The notes under the pieces were generated by a model. It did not search any database and had not been told where the DNA came from. It was given only the letters and a program-made list of their open reading frames with translations. A program made the translations under genes and the position numbers. A stretch of DNA of 53,206 nucleotides from an uncultured Myxococcales bacterium (GTDB lineage: Bacteria; Myxococcota_A; UBA9160; SZUA-336). This document shows, piece by piece, positions 11,098 through 23,515 of the stretch (its first letter is position 1; every line of letters begins with the position of its first letter). The stretch is taken from the NCBI GenBank assembly GCA_964557495.1, contig CAZLBF010000120.1, positions 1 to 53,206 on the forward strand, given 5' to 3'.

Positions 11098-12795
11098 CTA
11101 GTCACCGGGCTTCTCGACGGGTGCCCGGTTGACCCAGACCTGTTGCAGAATTCCGAGCAGATTGCTCACAAACCAGTAGAGCACGAGCCCGGACGGGAAT
11201 TGATAGAAGAGAAAGATGAAGGCGACACTCATCATCGTCATCATCTGACGCTGCTGCGCGTCCGCCCCGGCGCTCGGCATCAGGCGCTGCTGCAGCACCA
11301 TCGTCACTCCCATGAGCAGCGGTAGGGGACGGACCGGGAGGCCGGCGATGCTGAACAGATCCTCCGGGGCGGAGAGGTCGGTGATCCAGAACGCGAACGG
11401 CGCGTGCCGCAGGTCGATCGACGCCTGGAGCGCGAAGTAGAGGGCAATCAGGAAGGGAAACTGCAGCAGCATCGGGATGCAGCCGCCGCCCAGCGCGGTC
11501 ATCGGGTTGATCCCGGTCCGCTTGTAGAGGGCCATGATCTCCTGCTGCGTGCGTTCCCGATCTCCCTTGTACTTCTCCTGGACCTCCTTCATCTGCGGCG
11601 AGATCACCTGGAACTTCTTCATCGACTTCATCGACTTCTGCGTCAGCGGGTAGGTGAGCAGGCGAATCATGATGGTGAGCAGGATGATCGCGACGCCGTA
11701 GTTGCCCACGACGTTTTCGTACGTCCAGCGGAGCAGCCAGGCGAACAGGTCCACGAGGGGTCGGAACGCCGACCAGCCCGCCTGGATGGATGCATCCAGG
11801 CTGGGGTCGGTCCCGATCAGCACCGTAGAGATCTTGGGCCCCATATAAAGGCGGTAGACGCGCTCGATGCGCGTGCCGCTCGGCACCTCGAAGGCGGGGT
11901 AGGAGAGGACCGAGACGCCCGCGTCCTGTCCCACTGGCCCGAAGAAGCCTCGCGCCTCGTCGGGGTTCTCGGCGATCGCGGCCAACAGGAAGTACTGGCT
12001 GTCGAGGCCGACCCAGTCGACGGGCGACGCGAGGGCGTCTCCCCGCCAGGGACCCTTGCCGGTCAGGTTCCGCCAGAACCCGGGGCTCCCGATTCCCGCG
12101 AGCTGGTTGCGGCGCACGTCGCCGTCCTCCAGGCCCGCCAGGCTGTGGCGCTGGAAGCGCGCGGGAGAGTCGGCCGGAAGGTCGACTCCGTAGAGCAGCA
12201 ACTGGTACTCGGGCCGCACCGAGCGACCCGAGTGGTTCTCGAGCTTGACCGAGAGACGGGCGCCGTAGCCCTCTGGCCCGACGCTGAGCACTCGCTCCAC
12301 CGCCAGGCCGTCCAGCTCATGACGCATCACCAGGCTGCGCGAGTCCTGCGTCACGATCGTGTAGGGGGCGCTCGCCAGGCTCTCGAGTGGACCGCTCCCG
12401 AAGCGGACCTGGAGCACGCCTCGCTCGCTCGACGTGACCAACTCTACGGGCCTCGCACCCTCTCCGATGCGATCGGGGTATCCGGGCAGGCTCGCCCCGA
12501 CCACCTTTCCGCCCACGCTGCTGACGCGAAGCCTGAGGTCGTCGTTCCCGATCTCGGTCACGGTCGGCTCCGCGACCTCGGGGCCGGTCGGAGCTGATTG
12601 ACGCATTGTGTCATCTGGCGACATGGGCTGCGCGGACTGCGTCGACGGCACATGCGACGGCAGCTCGCCGAGCTCGGCGGTGGGCGGCTCCGCCGGCGGC
12701 GTCGGGGCGGGCGGCGAAGAGGTCGGCATCGTGTAGAGCCACGCCAGGATCAGCAGGACGGCGAGGGAGATGGCTCCGATCTGTATACGATCCAT
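11098..12795 (-). CDS. yidC: Membrane protein insertase YidC
   Basis: 565 aa with an N-terminal TM, a large periplasmic domain and the conserved C-terminal 5-TM core (GNYGVAIILLTIMIRLLTYPLTQKS...KRTGINP). Confidence 0.96.
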   Translation of the reverse strand: MDRIQIGAISLAVLLILAWLYTMPTSSPPAPTPPAEPPTAELGELPSHVPSTQSAQPMSPDDTMRQSAPTGPEVAEPTVTEIGNDDLRLRVSSVGGKVVGASLPGYPDRIGEGARPVELVTSSERGVLQVRFGSGPLESLASAPYTIVTQDSRSLVMRHELDGLAVERVLSVGPEGYGARLSVKLENHSGRSVRPEYQLLLYGVDLPADSPARFQRHSLAGLEDGDVRRNQLAGIGSPGFWRNLTGKGPWRGDALASPVDWVGLDSQYFLLAAIAENPDEARGFFGPVGQDAGVSVLSYPAFEVPSGTRIERVYRLYMGPKISTVLIGTDPSLDASIQAGWSAFRPLVDLFAWLLRWTYENVVGNYGVAIILLTIMIRLLTYPLTQKSMKSMKKFQVISPQMKEVQEKYKGDRERTQQEIMALYKRTGINPMTALGGGCIPMLLQFPFLIALYFALQASIDLRHAPFAFWITDLSAPEDLFSIAGLPVRPLPLLMGVTMVLQQRLMPSAGADAQQRQMMTMMSVAFIFLFYQFPSGLVLYWFVSNLLGILQQVWVNRAPVEKPGD

Positions 12796-12805
12796 CCGTC
12801 GCTCC

Positions 12806-13015
12806 TCAGGGCAGGTCCAGGCCGCCGCGGCCGAGTGGAGTACAGCGCAGGATCCGTCCCAGGGCTCGCCGGCCGCCGCGCCAGAGGCCGTCGCGCTCGA
12901 TCACCAGGGCGGCATAGTCGGAGCAGCTCGGATAGAAGCGACACGCCGTCCCGAACAGCGGCGAGAGCGCGGCCTGATACAGGCGGATGGCTCCGACCGC
13001 GACGCGGCTCCCCAC
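12806..13015 (-). CDS. yidD: Membrane protein insertion efficiency factor YidD
   Basis: Conserved core AIRLYQAALSPLFGTACRFYPSCSDYA. A GTG start at 13015 is proposed. The track ORF extends to 13171 but would overlap rnpA. Confidence 0.85.
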   Translation of the reverse strand: MGSRVAVGAIRLYQAALSPLFGTACRFYPSCSDYAALVIERDGLWRGGRRALGRILRCTPLGRGGLDLP

Positions 13016-13038
13016 GGATTCGTCTCGGGGACCCGCTC

Positions 13039-13380
13039 CTAGCGGCGGGCCTCGAAGGCCCCGTCCAGATCCGGCCCCACCTCCGAGAGCCGCAGCACCT
13101 GCGGGAGGTCCCGCTTCGCGACCACCACGATGTCGCGGGCCCCCAGCTCGGTTCGGCAGTGTCGGAACCACTCGCGAACTAGCCTCTTGATCCGATTGCG
13201 CCGAACCGCATTTCCGACCTTGCGTGTGACCGTGATGCCGAGACGCGCTCCCTGCGCGTCCGGCCTCGCGAGGATAAAGACCAGAAAGAGCGGCGTCATG
13301 ATACGCCGCCCGCGACGCGTGATCCGCTTGAAGTCGGCTCGCCGCAGCCCGGCTCGCTGCGGTGCCTGGATCCCGGCCAC
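13039..13380 (-). CDS. rnpA: Ribonuclease P protein component
   Basis: 113 aa and basic, with the RNR-like motif (KKVGNAVRRNRIKRLVRE). It lies directly downstream of rpmH. Confidence 0.93.
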   Translation of the reverse strand: MAGIQAPQRAGLRRADFKRITRRGRRIMTPLFLVFILARPDAQGARLGITVTRKVGNAVRRNRIKRLVREWFRHCRTELGARDIVVVAKRDLPQVLRLSEVGPDLDGAFEARR

Positions 13381-13392
13381 GACGGAGTCGCG

Positions 13393-13539
13393 CTAGCGCT
13401 TCGTGACTGGGGTGAGCCGGTGCCTGCCCTTGGCGCGCCGCCGAGCGAGTACTCGTCGACCTGCCTTCGTGCTCATCCGGTGTCTGAAGCCGTGGGTACG
13501 GGCGCGACGGATTCGGCTTGGCTGGTAGGTGCGCTTCAT
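13393..13539 (-). CDS. rpmH: 50S ribosomal protein L34
   Basis: Not in the ORF track because it is too short. My translation of the reverse strand is [48 protein letters not shown] (48 aa), a textbook L34 sequence. Confidence 0.95.
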   Translation of the reverse strand: MKRTYQPSRIRRARTHGFRHRMSTKAGRRVLARRRAKGRHRLTPVTKR

Positions 13540-13746
13540 GATCTCAGTTCAGTAGAGCTGTGGAGACGCGTAAACCAAGCATAGCGCTACGGGCGTGTCA
13601 ACAATGTAATGGCGGATAGATGGGCGATCTTCGCAGCTCAATTATCCACAGAGAATGCTCGAAGTTAGCTTGCATTGCCGCGCAGCGAGCTGATAGGAAG
13701 AAGCTTCTCCCCGTCGGTAATCTCAATCCGAAAGGCCCCCCCGTTC
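13540..13746. other. Candidate oriC / dnaA promoter region (rpmH-dnaA spacer)
   Basis: The region is visibly less GC-rich than its flanks. It holds a perfect DnaA box at 13642-13650, a 7/9 box (TGTGGAGAC) at 13559-13567, and the complete coding-strand switch of the window. Confidence 0.6.
13642..13650 (+). promoter_or_regulatory. Consensus DnaA box TTATCCACA
   Basis: Exact 9/9 match to the canonical DnaA box, about 100 nt upstream of the proposed dnaA ATG. Confidence 0.75.
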
Positions 13747-15060
13747 ATGCCGGGAAAGACGCGCCGGATAGCGCCAGCGGACGCGAGCGCCTCCCTGTGG
13801 AGGGCGACGCTGGAGGCCTTGCGGGACCGGATTCCCAAGGCCCATCTCGAGATGCTCAGCGACGGGCCAGTCTACGTGGAGCTGTCCGAGTCGGCGCTGC
13901 GTCTCGCACTCTCGGTGGAGCAGGTTCGCACCTGGCTGCGCCAGGGAACGCTCCGCGCACTGTGCGACGTGGTAACGACGTTGTCCGACGGAAGCTGCGA
14001 CGTCTGCGTGCTCCCCATCGACGGCGAGTCCCCCGCTCTCGAGGTGGACCCGAGCCACAAGCTCGACTCGTTTCTCCACAGCGAGGCCAACGAGGGAGCC
14101 TGGAAGGTCGCGCGCCAGATTGTCGGGGGCGTGCTGCCCCCACCCGGTCCGATCGTGTTCTGTGGCCCGGAGGGCTCCGGCAAGTCGCACCTGCTCGACG
14201 GAATCGCGCGGGAGCTCGTCGAGCGCGGGGAACGCGTCGTCTGTCAGAGCGCGGGCCGACTCTCGCTCGAGCTGATCGAGGCGCTCTGGTCGGATCAGGT
14301 CGAGCGATTCCGCGAGCGGGTCACCGGCTGCGACGCGCTGCTGCTCGACTCGATCGAGACGCTGGCCGGTCGCGACGGCACCCAGAATGAGCTGGTGCGA
14401 GCGATCCTGGCGCGCTCGAGCCGCGGCAAGCTCGTGGTGCTCGCGATTCGTTCCCAGGGAAGCTCACTCCCTCCGCTCGCTGCGGGACTCCAGAGCGCGT
14501 TCGAACGCGGCACCCTGGTGGACCTGGCGTCGCCCGAGTGGGAGCTCAGGGTCGCGATCGTGATTCGCCGGGCGGGAGGCTGGGGTGTCCGGCTCTCACC
14601 CGAGGCGGCCTCGTTCGTCGTGGGACGCCTGGGCTCCAGCCTGACCGGCGTCGATGCGCTCCTGACGCGACTCATGACGCGGACGCACGAAGGCGCCGAT
14701 CTCTCCGTCGCAGCGGTGCGGCGCGCACTGGCTCCACCGCCGCCTCTGAGCGAGCGCGCACTCCCGGTCAGCACGGTCCTCAGCTGCGTCGCACGGCACT
14801 TCGGTCTCCGGATCCGCGACCTGCACTCCACGTCGCGGAGTCCTCGCATCGCCACGCCGCGGCAGATCGCCATGTACCTGGTGCGAGGACACTGCGGCCT
14901 CTCCTTCCCCGAGATCGGGCAGCGCTTCAATCGGCACCACACGACCGTGATGCACGCCTGCCGCCGGGTGGAGGATCTCCTCGACGGGAGCGGAAGCGTG
15001 GCAGCCGCGATCCGCCTCCTGGAGAAGGAGGTCGAAAGGCTGCAGACAGAGGGTGTGTAG
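13747..15060 (+). CDS. dnaA: Chromosomal replication initiator DnaA (divergent AAA+ module)
   Basis: Domain IV signature PRQIAMYLVRGHCGLSFPEIGQRFNRHHTTVMHACRRV and Walker A GPEGSGKSHL are present, and the gene is in the canonical rpmH/dnaA/dnaN position. I prefer the ATG at 13747. The track ORF starts at a TTG at 13675. Confidence 0.9.
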   Translation: MPGKTRRIAPADASASLWRATLEALRDRIPKAHLEMLSDGPVYVELSESALRLALSVEQVRTWLRQGTLRALCDVVTTLSDGSCDVCVLPIDGESPALEVDPSHKLDSFLHSEANEGAWKVARQIVGGVLPPPGPIVFCGPEGSGKSHLLDGIARELVERGERVVCQSAGRLSLELIEALWSDQVERFRERVTGCDALLLDSIETLAGRDGTQNELVRAILARSSRGKLVVLAIRSQGSSLPPLAAGLQSAFERGTLVDLASPEWELRVAIVIRRAGGWGVRLSPEAASFVVGRLGSSLTGVDALLTRLMTRTHEGADLSVAAVRRALAPPPPLSERALPVSTVLSCVARHFGLRIRDLHSTSRSPRIATPRQIAMYLVRGHCGLSFPEIGQRFNRHHTTVMHACRRVEDLLDGSGSVAAAIRLLEKEVERLQTEGV

Positions 15061-15075
15061 GGGTGAGGAAAACGC

Positions 15076-15172
15076 AGTGGAGAACAGACAGGCACGACTC
15101 AGTGGGAATTCCCGGGGCATCCCTCCGCAGAACGAATCTCCGAAGTTCAATGAGTTCGTCCCGTTCTCCACA
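15076..15172. promoter_or_regulatory. Two DnaA-box-like 9-mers in the dnaA-dnaN spacer
   Basis: TTCTCCACA at 15164-15172 matches 8/9. AGTGGAGAA at 15076-15084 is the reverse complement of TTCTCCACT and matches 7/9. The two are in inverted orientation. Confidence 0.4.
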
Positions 15173-15238
15173 TTTCAACCGCCCCTACTACTCCTGTTCT
15201 TGAACTAGTTAAGCAGAGAAGAAGAAGAGGAAGAAGGC

Positions 15239-16345
15239 ATGAAGTTCACCATCGAACGGGACGAACTCCTGCGCGGCCTGGGACGCATCCAGGCGATCGT
15301 CGAGCGACGCGGCACGCTTCCGATTCTGTCGAATGCGTTGATCCAGGTGAGCGAGAGTGAGGTCACGCTCGCGGCGACCGACCTCGAGGTCGGTGTGATC
15401 GCGAGGCTGGCGGCAGAGGTCGAGCAACTGGGCGAGGTGACCCTGCCGGCCAAGGCGCTCTACGAGATCACCCGCGAGCTCGACGGCTCCGAGGTGGGCT
15501 TCCAGGTCATCGAGGGTTCCCGGGTCCAGATCGACTGCGACCGCGCCCGCTTTACCCTGCTCTCGATCTCACCGGAGGAGTATCCGACGATCCCCGGCAG
15601 CGACGGTGTGACCCTCTCCCGCATCGAAGCGTCGCTCCTCAGCGAGTTGATCGATCGCACGCTCTACGCCACGTCCACCGACGAGACCCGCTACAACCTG
15701 AACGGCGTCCTCATGGAGAGCGCCGACGAGGGCAAGCTCTCCTGCGTCGCAACGGACGGCCACCGGCTGGCGAAGATCGACCGGTCGCTACCCGCGCCGC
15801 TCGGCTTTCTCGAGAAGTCGATCATCATCCCGCGCAAGGGCGTCTCCGAGATCCGGAAGCTTGCAGACGAGATCGACGAACCCATCGAGATCGGCCTGGG
15901 GGATGGATTCCTGATCGTGCGGCGCCCGGGGCTGCTCCTCTCCTGCCGGCTCATCGACGGTGAGTTCCCGAACTACCGGCAGGTGATTCCGAGCGACAGC
16001 AGGGTGCGCCTGGTGATCGAGCGGGATCGCCTCCTCAACTCCGTGCGGCGCATCGCGTTGATGACGCACGAGCGCTCCCACGGGTTCAAGTTCGTGCTGA
16101 CGAGCGGCCAGCTGGAGCTCTCCGTGACCAACCCCGACATGGGCGAGGCCCGCGAGCAGGTTCCCATCGACTACGACGGCGACCGCTTCGAGACCTCGTT
16201 CAGCGCCCGCTACGTCCAGGACGCACTCGCGGCCATGAAGACCAAAGAGGTGGCCATCGAGCTGGTCGACGAGCTGACGGCTGCGGTCATCCGCCCCGCC
16301 GACGATCCCGACCAACTCGCCGTCGTGGCGCCGATGCGGCTGTAA
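15239..16345 (+). CDS. dnaN: DNA polymerase III beta sliding clamp
   Basis: 368 aa with a typical N-terminus (MKFTIERDELLRGLGRIQAIVERRGTLPILSN) and C-terminus (VVAPMRL). Confidence 0.97.
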   Translation: MKFTIERDELLRGLGRIQAIVERRGTLPILSNALIQVSESEVTLAATDLEVGVIARLAAEVEQLGEVTLPAKALYEITRELDGSEVGFQVIEGSRVQIDCDRARFTLLSISPEEYPTIPGSDGVTLSRIEASLLSELIDRTLYATSTDETRYNLNGVLMESADEGKLSCVATDGHRLAKIDRSLPAPLGFLEKSIIIPRKGVSEIRKLADEIDEPIEIGLGDGFLIVRRPGLLLSCRLIDGEFPNYRQVIPSDSRVRLVIERDRLLNSVRRIALMTHERSHGFKFVLTSGQLELSVTNPDMGEAREQVPIDYDGDRFETSFSARYVQDALAAMKTKEVAIELVDELTAAVIRPADDPDQLAVVAPMRL

Positions 16346-16497
16346 GGATCCACCCGTCGGAACCGCTCCAAAACTCCTCGCGTAGGCCCCCACAAGGCGC
16401 GGAAAGCCGCGAAATCCCTATAGCCTGGAGACCGCCGATAGGTTACCGTTTGGCGGTTCCGAGGGCCTCGCTCTGCGAGGCTCTCTGCTGTCGGTGA

Positions 16498-19068
<2,571 letters not shown>

Positions 19069-19089
19069 GAAGCCCGCTCGAGCCAGGCC

Positions 19090-21588
19090 ATGCCAGACGA
19101 TCCCGAACAGCCAGTCGAGAACCCCGCGGCGCACGCGGCGGTGCCGATCAACATCGAGGACTCGATGCGGCGCTCGTTTCTCGACTACTCGATGTCGGTC
19201 ATCATCAGTCGCGCGCTGCCCGACGTGCGCGACGGGCTCAAGCCTTCCCAGCGCCGGATCCTGGTCACCTTCAACGATCTCAACCTGACCTTCGACCGCC
19301 CGTACCGGAAGTGCGCCAAGATCTCCGGCGACGTCTCCGGCAACTACCACCCCCACGGCGAGAGCGTCGTCTACCCGTCGATCGTGCGCCTCGCCCAGAC
19401 CTTCTCGCTCCGCTACCCGCTGGTCGACGGCCAGGGGAACTTCGGCTCGATCGACGGAGACCCGCCGGCCGCCATGCGCTACACCGAGGCGCGCCTCTCG
19501 CGCATCGCCTCCGAGATGCTGACCGATCTGGGTCGCGACACCGTCGACTTCGTCGAGAACTACGACAACACGCGCTTCGAGCCGCTGGTCCTGCCGGCGC
19601 GCATTCCGAATCTGATCATCAACGGCTCGGCGGGCATCGCGGTCGGGATGGCGACGAACATCCCTCCGCACAATCTCGGCGAGGTCATCGACGCCTTGGT
19701 CCTGCTCGCGCGCGATCCCGAGGCCACGCTCGACGAGGTGATGGAGCGGATCCCGGGGCCGGACTTCCCGACCGGTGCACTCATCTGCGGGACCGAGGCG
19801 ATCCTCCAGGCCTACCGCACCGGCCGCGGCCTGCTCGCGGTGCGCGCGCGCGCGGAGATCGAGGAGGCCCGCGGCGGGCGCCAGGCGATCGTGATCACCG
19901 AGATCCCGTACATGGTCAACAAGGCGTCCATGATCGAGAAGATCGCGGAGCTGGTTCGCGACGGGAGGATCGACGGGATCAGCGACATCCGGGACGAGTC
20001 GGACCGCAAGGGAATGCGCGTCGTCGTGGAGCTCAAGAAGGAGGCGCCCGAGGAGGTGATCCTCAACCAGCTCTACAAGATGACGCCGATGCAGACGACG
20101 TTCGGCGTGAACCTCCTCGCGCTCGTCAACAACCGGCCGCAGACCCTCTCGCTGATTCAGCTCCTGGAACACTTCCTGGACTTCCGCCGCACGGTGGTAC
20201 GGCGGCGCGCCCTCTACGACCTGCGCCAGGCGCGCGATCGCGAGCACGTCCTGCTGGGCTTCGCGATCGCGCTCGACCACCTCGACGAGATCATCGCGCT
20301 GATCCGAGCCAGCGACACGCCCGCGAATGCCCGGACTGGCCTGATGGAGAGCTTCGAGCTGACCGAGCGCCAGGCCCAGGCGATTCTGGAGCTCCGACTG
20401 CAGCGCCTGACCGGCATGGAGCGCCAGAGGATCCTCGACGACCTCGCGAGCGTGCGCGCGCTGATCGCGGAGCTCGAGGCGCTCCTCGCGAGCGAGGAGC
20501 AGGTCACCGAGAAGATCATCGAGGAGCTGGAGGAGATCCGCGAGAAGTACGCCGACGACCGGCGCACCGAGCTGGCTCCGGCCGTCGAGGTCCTCACGAC
20601 CGAGGACCTGATCCTCGACGAGGAGATGATCGTCACGATCACGCACGCGGGCTACGCGAAGCGGAGCTCGCCTTCGCTGTACCGCGCGCAGCGCCGCGGA
20701 GGCAAGGGCAAGACCGCGATGGGGACGAAGGAGGAGGACTTCGTCTCGAGGCTCTTCACCGGCTCGACCCACGAGTACATGCTCTTCTTCACGAACCGGG
20801 GCCGCGTGCACTGGCTCAAGGTCTACGAGCTTCCGGAGCTCGGGCGGGCCGCGCGCGGCAAGGCGCTCGTGAACCTCCTGGGTCTCGGCACGGGGGAGCG
20901 CGTCTCCGAGGTGCTGCCGGTGCGCGACTTCACCGAAGGGGGGTTCGTGGTCCTCGCAACCCGGCGCGGCATTTTGAAGAAGACCGCGCTGGAGGCCTAC
21001 TCGAACCCGCGCCGGGGCGGCATCATCGCGATCAACCTGAGCGACGAGGATGAGCTGATCGGCGCCGCGCGCACCAGCGGGAACGACGAGGTCCTGCTGG
21101 CGACGCAGGGGGGCAAGTCGATCCGCTTCCACGAATCCCAGGTGCGCCCGATGGGGCGAGCGGCCGCCGGTGTAAAGGGCGTCGCTACGCGCCGCGGCGA
21201 CGAGGCAGTCGGCATGGAGATCTTGAAGCCGGGCCGGAGCATCCTCACGGTCACCCACAACGGGTATGGCAAGCGCTCGCCCCTCGACGCCTACCGCGAG
21301 CAGAACCGCGGGGGACAGGGGATCATCACGATCAAGACGACCGACCGAAACGGCGCCGTGGTCGGCATCCTCCAGGTCGCGGACGACGACGAGATCATGC
21401 TGGTCACCAGCGGTGGCAAGGTGATCCGCATGAACGCCGTCGGGATCCCGGTGATGGGACGCAATACGCAGGGCGTCCGCCTGATGGAGCCCGGGACCGA
21501 CGAGCGCACTGTGTCGGTCGCGCGCCTTGCCGAGCGCGACGAGGACGAGGAATTAGCGCCCGCAGCGTCACCGAGCGCGGACGCCTAG
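19090..21588 (+). CDS. gyrA: DNA gyrase subunit A
   Basis: 832 aa with the active-site region [10 protein letters not shown], a QRDR-like segment ([12 protein letters not shown]) and C-terminal beta-pinwheel repeats. Confidence 0.98.
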   Translation: MPDDPEQPVENPAAHAAVPINIEDSMRRSFLDYSMSVIISRALPDVRDGLKPSQRRILVTFNDLNLTFDRPYRKCAKISGDVSGNYHPHGESVVYPSIVRLAQTFSLRYPLVDGQGNFGSIDGDPPAAMRYTEARLSRIASEMLTDLGRDTVDFVENYDNTRFEPLVLPARIPNLIINGSAGIAVGMATNIPPHNLGEVIDALVLLARDPEATLDEVMERIPGPDFPTGALICGTEAILQAYRTGRGLLAVRARAEIEEARGGRQAIVITEIPYMVNKASMIEKIAELVRDGRIDGISDIRDESDRKGMRVVVELKKEAPEEVILNQLYKMTPMQTTFGVNLLALVNNRPQTLSLIQLLEHFLDFRRTVVRRRALYDLRQARDREHVLLGFAIALDHLDEIIALIRASDTPANARTGLMESFELTERQAQAILELRLQRLTGMERQRILDDLASVRALIAELEALLASEEQVTEKIIEELEEIREKYADDRRTELAPAVEVLTTEDLILDEEMIVTITHAGYAKRSSPSLYRAQRRGGKGKTAMGTKEEDFVSRLFTGSTHEYMLFFTNRGRVHWLKVYELPELGRAARGKALVNLLGLGTGERVSEVLPVRDFTEGGFVVLATRRGILKKTALEAYSNPRRGGIIAINLSDEDELIGAARTSGNDEVLLATQGGKSIRFHESQVRPMGRAAAGVKGVATRRGDEAVGMEILKPGRSILTVTHNGYGKRSPLDAYREQNRGGQGIITIKTTDRNGAVVGILQVADDDEIMLVTSGGKVIRMNAVGIPVMGRNTQGVRLMEPGTDERTVSVARLAERDEDEELAPAASPSADA

Positions 21589-21605
21589 CGAGAGGACCCG
21601 GCCAG

Positions 21606-22892
21606 ATGCGGACGAGCAAATCCCGCAAGCTTCATCGACGCGCCCGCCTCGTGCTTCCCGGGGGTGTCAACAGTCCGGTCCGGGCGTTCGGCTCGGTCGG
21701 CGGCACCGCCCGCTTCATCGAGCGCGCCAACGGCTGTCGGATCGAGGACGCCGACGGGAACCGCTACGTGGACTGGGTCTGCTCGTGGGGGGCCATCATC
21801 CTGGGTCACGCCCATCCCGTCATCGTGGAGGCGGTGCGGGGTGCCGCGGCGCGCGGGACCAGCTTCGGGGCGCCGACCGAGGGAGAGGTCGAGCTGGCCG
21901 AGCGCATCGCCGATGTGGTTCCGTCGATCGAGATGCTGCGTCTCGTGAACTCGGGCACGGAGGCGACCATGAGCGCGATTCGACTCGCGCGGGGCGCGAC
22001 GGGCCGGGACCGGATCGTGAAGTTCGAGGGCTGCTACCACGGCCACGCGGACGGGCTGCTGGCCGCCGCGGGCTCGGGCGTCGCGACGCTCGGGATCCCG
22101 GGCTCAGTCGGCGTACCCGCGGGCGCGGTCTCCGACACGCTCGTGCTGCCCTACAACGACCTCGCCGCGGTGGAGGAGACCTTTGTGCGCCGCGGCGACG
22201 AGATCGCGGCCATCATCGTCGAGCCCATCGCCGCCAACATGGGGCTCGTGATGCCCGTCGAGGGCTACCTCGCGGGCCTGCGCGAGCTCGCCGACACCTA
22301 CGGGGCGGTGCTCATCTTCGACGAGGTGATCGCGGGCTTCCGGGTGGGGCTCGGCGGTGCCCAGGCCTGGTCCGGCGTCACGCCCGACCTGAGCTGCTTC
22401 GGCAAGGTGATCGGGGGCGGGCTCCCGGTGGGGGCCTACGGCGGGAGCCGCAGCCTGATGAGTCAGGTCGCACCCGACGGCCAGGTCTACCAGGCCGGAA
22501 CCCTGTCGGGGAATCCGCTCGCGGTGGCGGCCGGGCTCGCCGCCCTGGACAAGCTCGCCGCAGACGACTTCTACACCGGGCTCGAGGGCGTGTCGACGCG
22601 CGTCGCCACGGGCCTCTCGGCGCTCGCGGAGGCGGCCGGGATTCCGTTCAGCTCCTGCTCCGTCGGCGGCCTGTTCGGATTCTTCTTCCACCCCGGCCCC
22701 GTGCGGAGCTACGCGGACGCACAGGAGGCGGACGCGACGCGCTACAAGACCTTCTTCCACGCCATGCTCGAGCAGGGCATCTACTTCGCCCCGTCTCCCT
22801 TCGAGGCCGCCTTCGTCACGGCGGCGCACGGTGACGAGGAGGTCGCCATGACGCTGGAGGCCGCGCAGAAGGCCTTCAAGAAGGTCGTCTAG
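21606..22892 (+). CDS. hemL: Glutamate-1-semialdehyde 2,1-aminomutase
   Basis: 428 aa of class III aminotransferase with typical HemL sequence ([21 protein letters not shown]-like [26 protein letters not shown]). Confidence 0.96.
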   Translation: MRTSKSRKLHRRARLVLPGGVNSPVRAFGSVGGTARFIERANGCRIEDADGNRYVDWVCSWGAIILGHAHPVIVEAVRGAAARGTSFGAPTEGEVELAERIADVVPSIEMLRLVNSGTEATMSAIRLARGATGRDRIVKFEGCYHGHADGLLAAAGSGVATLGIPGSVGVPAGAVSDTLVLPYNDLAAVEETFVRRGDEIAAIIVEPIAANMGLVMPVEGYLAGLRELADTYGAVLIFDEVIAGFRVGLGGAQAWSGVTPDLSCFGKVIGGGLPVGAYGGSRSLMSQVAPDGQVYQAGTLSGNPLAVAAGLAALDKLAADDFYTGLEGVSTRVATGLSALAEAAGIPFSSCSVGGLFGFFFHPGPVRSYADAQEADATRYKTFFHAMLEQGIYFAPSPFEAAFVTAAHGDEEVAMTLEAAQKAFKKVV

Positions 22893-22893
22893 C

Positions 22894-23142
22894 TTGGCCC
22901 TCCAGCCGAGGAGCGCGGTCACCGGCTGGGGACGCGGCTTCGAGGTCGGACTCGAGTTCGCGATCTGCGTCCTTCTGGGTGTGGCGTTCGGGTACTATCT
23001 CGACCGCTGGCTCGGGACCGAGCCGTGGCTGCTGCTCGTCTTCATGGGCTTCGGCTTCGCTGCGGGTCTCCGCGTGCTGCTGCGCGTGCGCAATCCTCGA
23101 GACACCTCGTCGGATCCGAAGCCGGGAGACCCCGAGCGGTGA
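22894..23142 (+). CDS. atpZ: AtpZ/AtpI-family small membrane protein (F0F1 operon gene 1)
   Basis: 82 aa with two TM helices carrying the GxxxGxxLD motif (LLGVAFGYYLDRWLGTEPW). It lies directly upstream of atpI/atpB/atpE. Confidence 0.7.
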   Translation: MALQPRSAVTGWGRGFEVGLEFAICVLLGVAFGYYLDRWLGTEPWLLLVFMGFGFAAGLRVLLRVRNPRDTSSDPKPGDPER

Positions 23143-23513
23143 ACCGACCTCTGCAGAGCATCCACGCCAAGAACGCGTTCATTCTCGCGCTTGCGTTGCT
23201 CGGGGCGATGCCCTATGGAGTGCCCGCCGTCTGGAGCGTGGCGGCTGGAGGAGGGATTCAGGTCGTGAATCTGAGGGGCCTGGAACGGGCGGTTGCCTGG
23301 CTCGTGAGCCTCGCGCCCCGACGGCCGACCGCTTTCCTGCAGGTGGTCCTGGCCGCTCGCTTCGTCGCCGTCCTCGCGGCGGCCGGCGTGGCTCTCTGGG
23401 CGCTGCCGGTCGAGCCGATCGCCTTTGCCGTCGGTCTCTCCACCGTGGTGCCGGCCGTCATCTGGCACGGACTCGCGACGGCTCCCGCCGCGCCCGAGGA
23501 AGGAGAGCTCTAG
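23139..23513 (+). CDS. atpI: ATP synthase subunit I-like membrane protein
   Basis: 124 aa and hydrophobic, in the position preceding atpB. The GTG start overlaps the atpZ stop as GTGA. The assignment rests on context and hydrophobicity only. Confidence 0.5.
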   Translation: MNRPLQSIHAKNAFILALALLGAMPYGVPAVWSVAAGGGIQVVNLRGLERAVAWLVSLAPRRPTAFLQVVLAARFVAVLAAAGVALWALPVEPIAFAVGLSTVVPAVIWHGLATAPAAPEEGEL

Positions 23514-23515
23514 CC

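Noticed and set aside
13596-13601. Perfect -35 hexamer TTGACA (minus strand) upstream of rpmH as a defined promoter
   Set aside because: I could not find a convincing -10 hexamer at 16-19 nt spacing; the best candidates are TTGGTT and GGTTTA. I mention it only as context for the origin region and do not annotate it as a feature.
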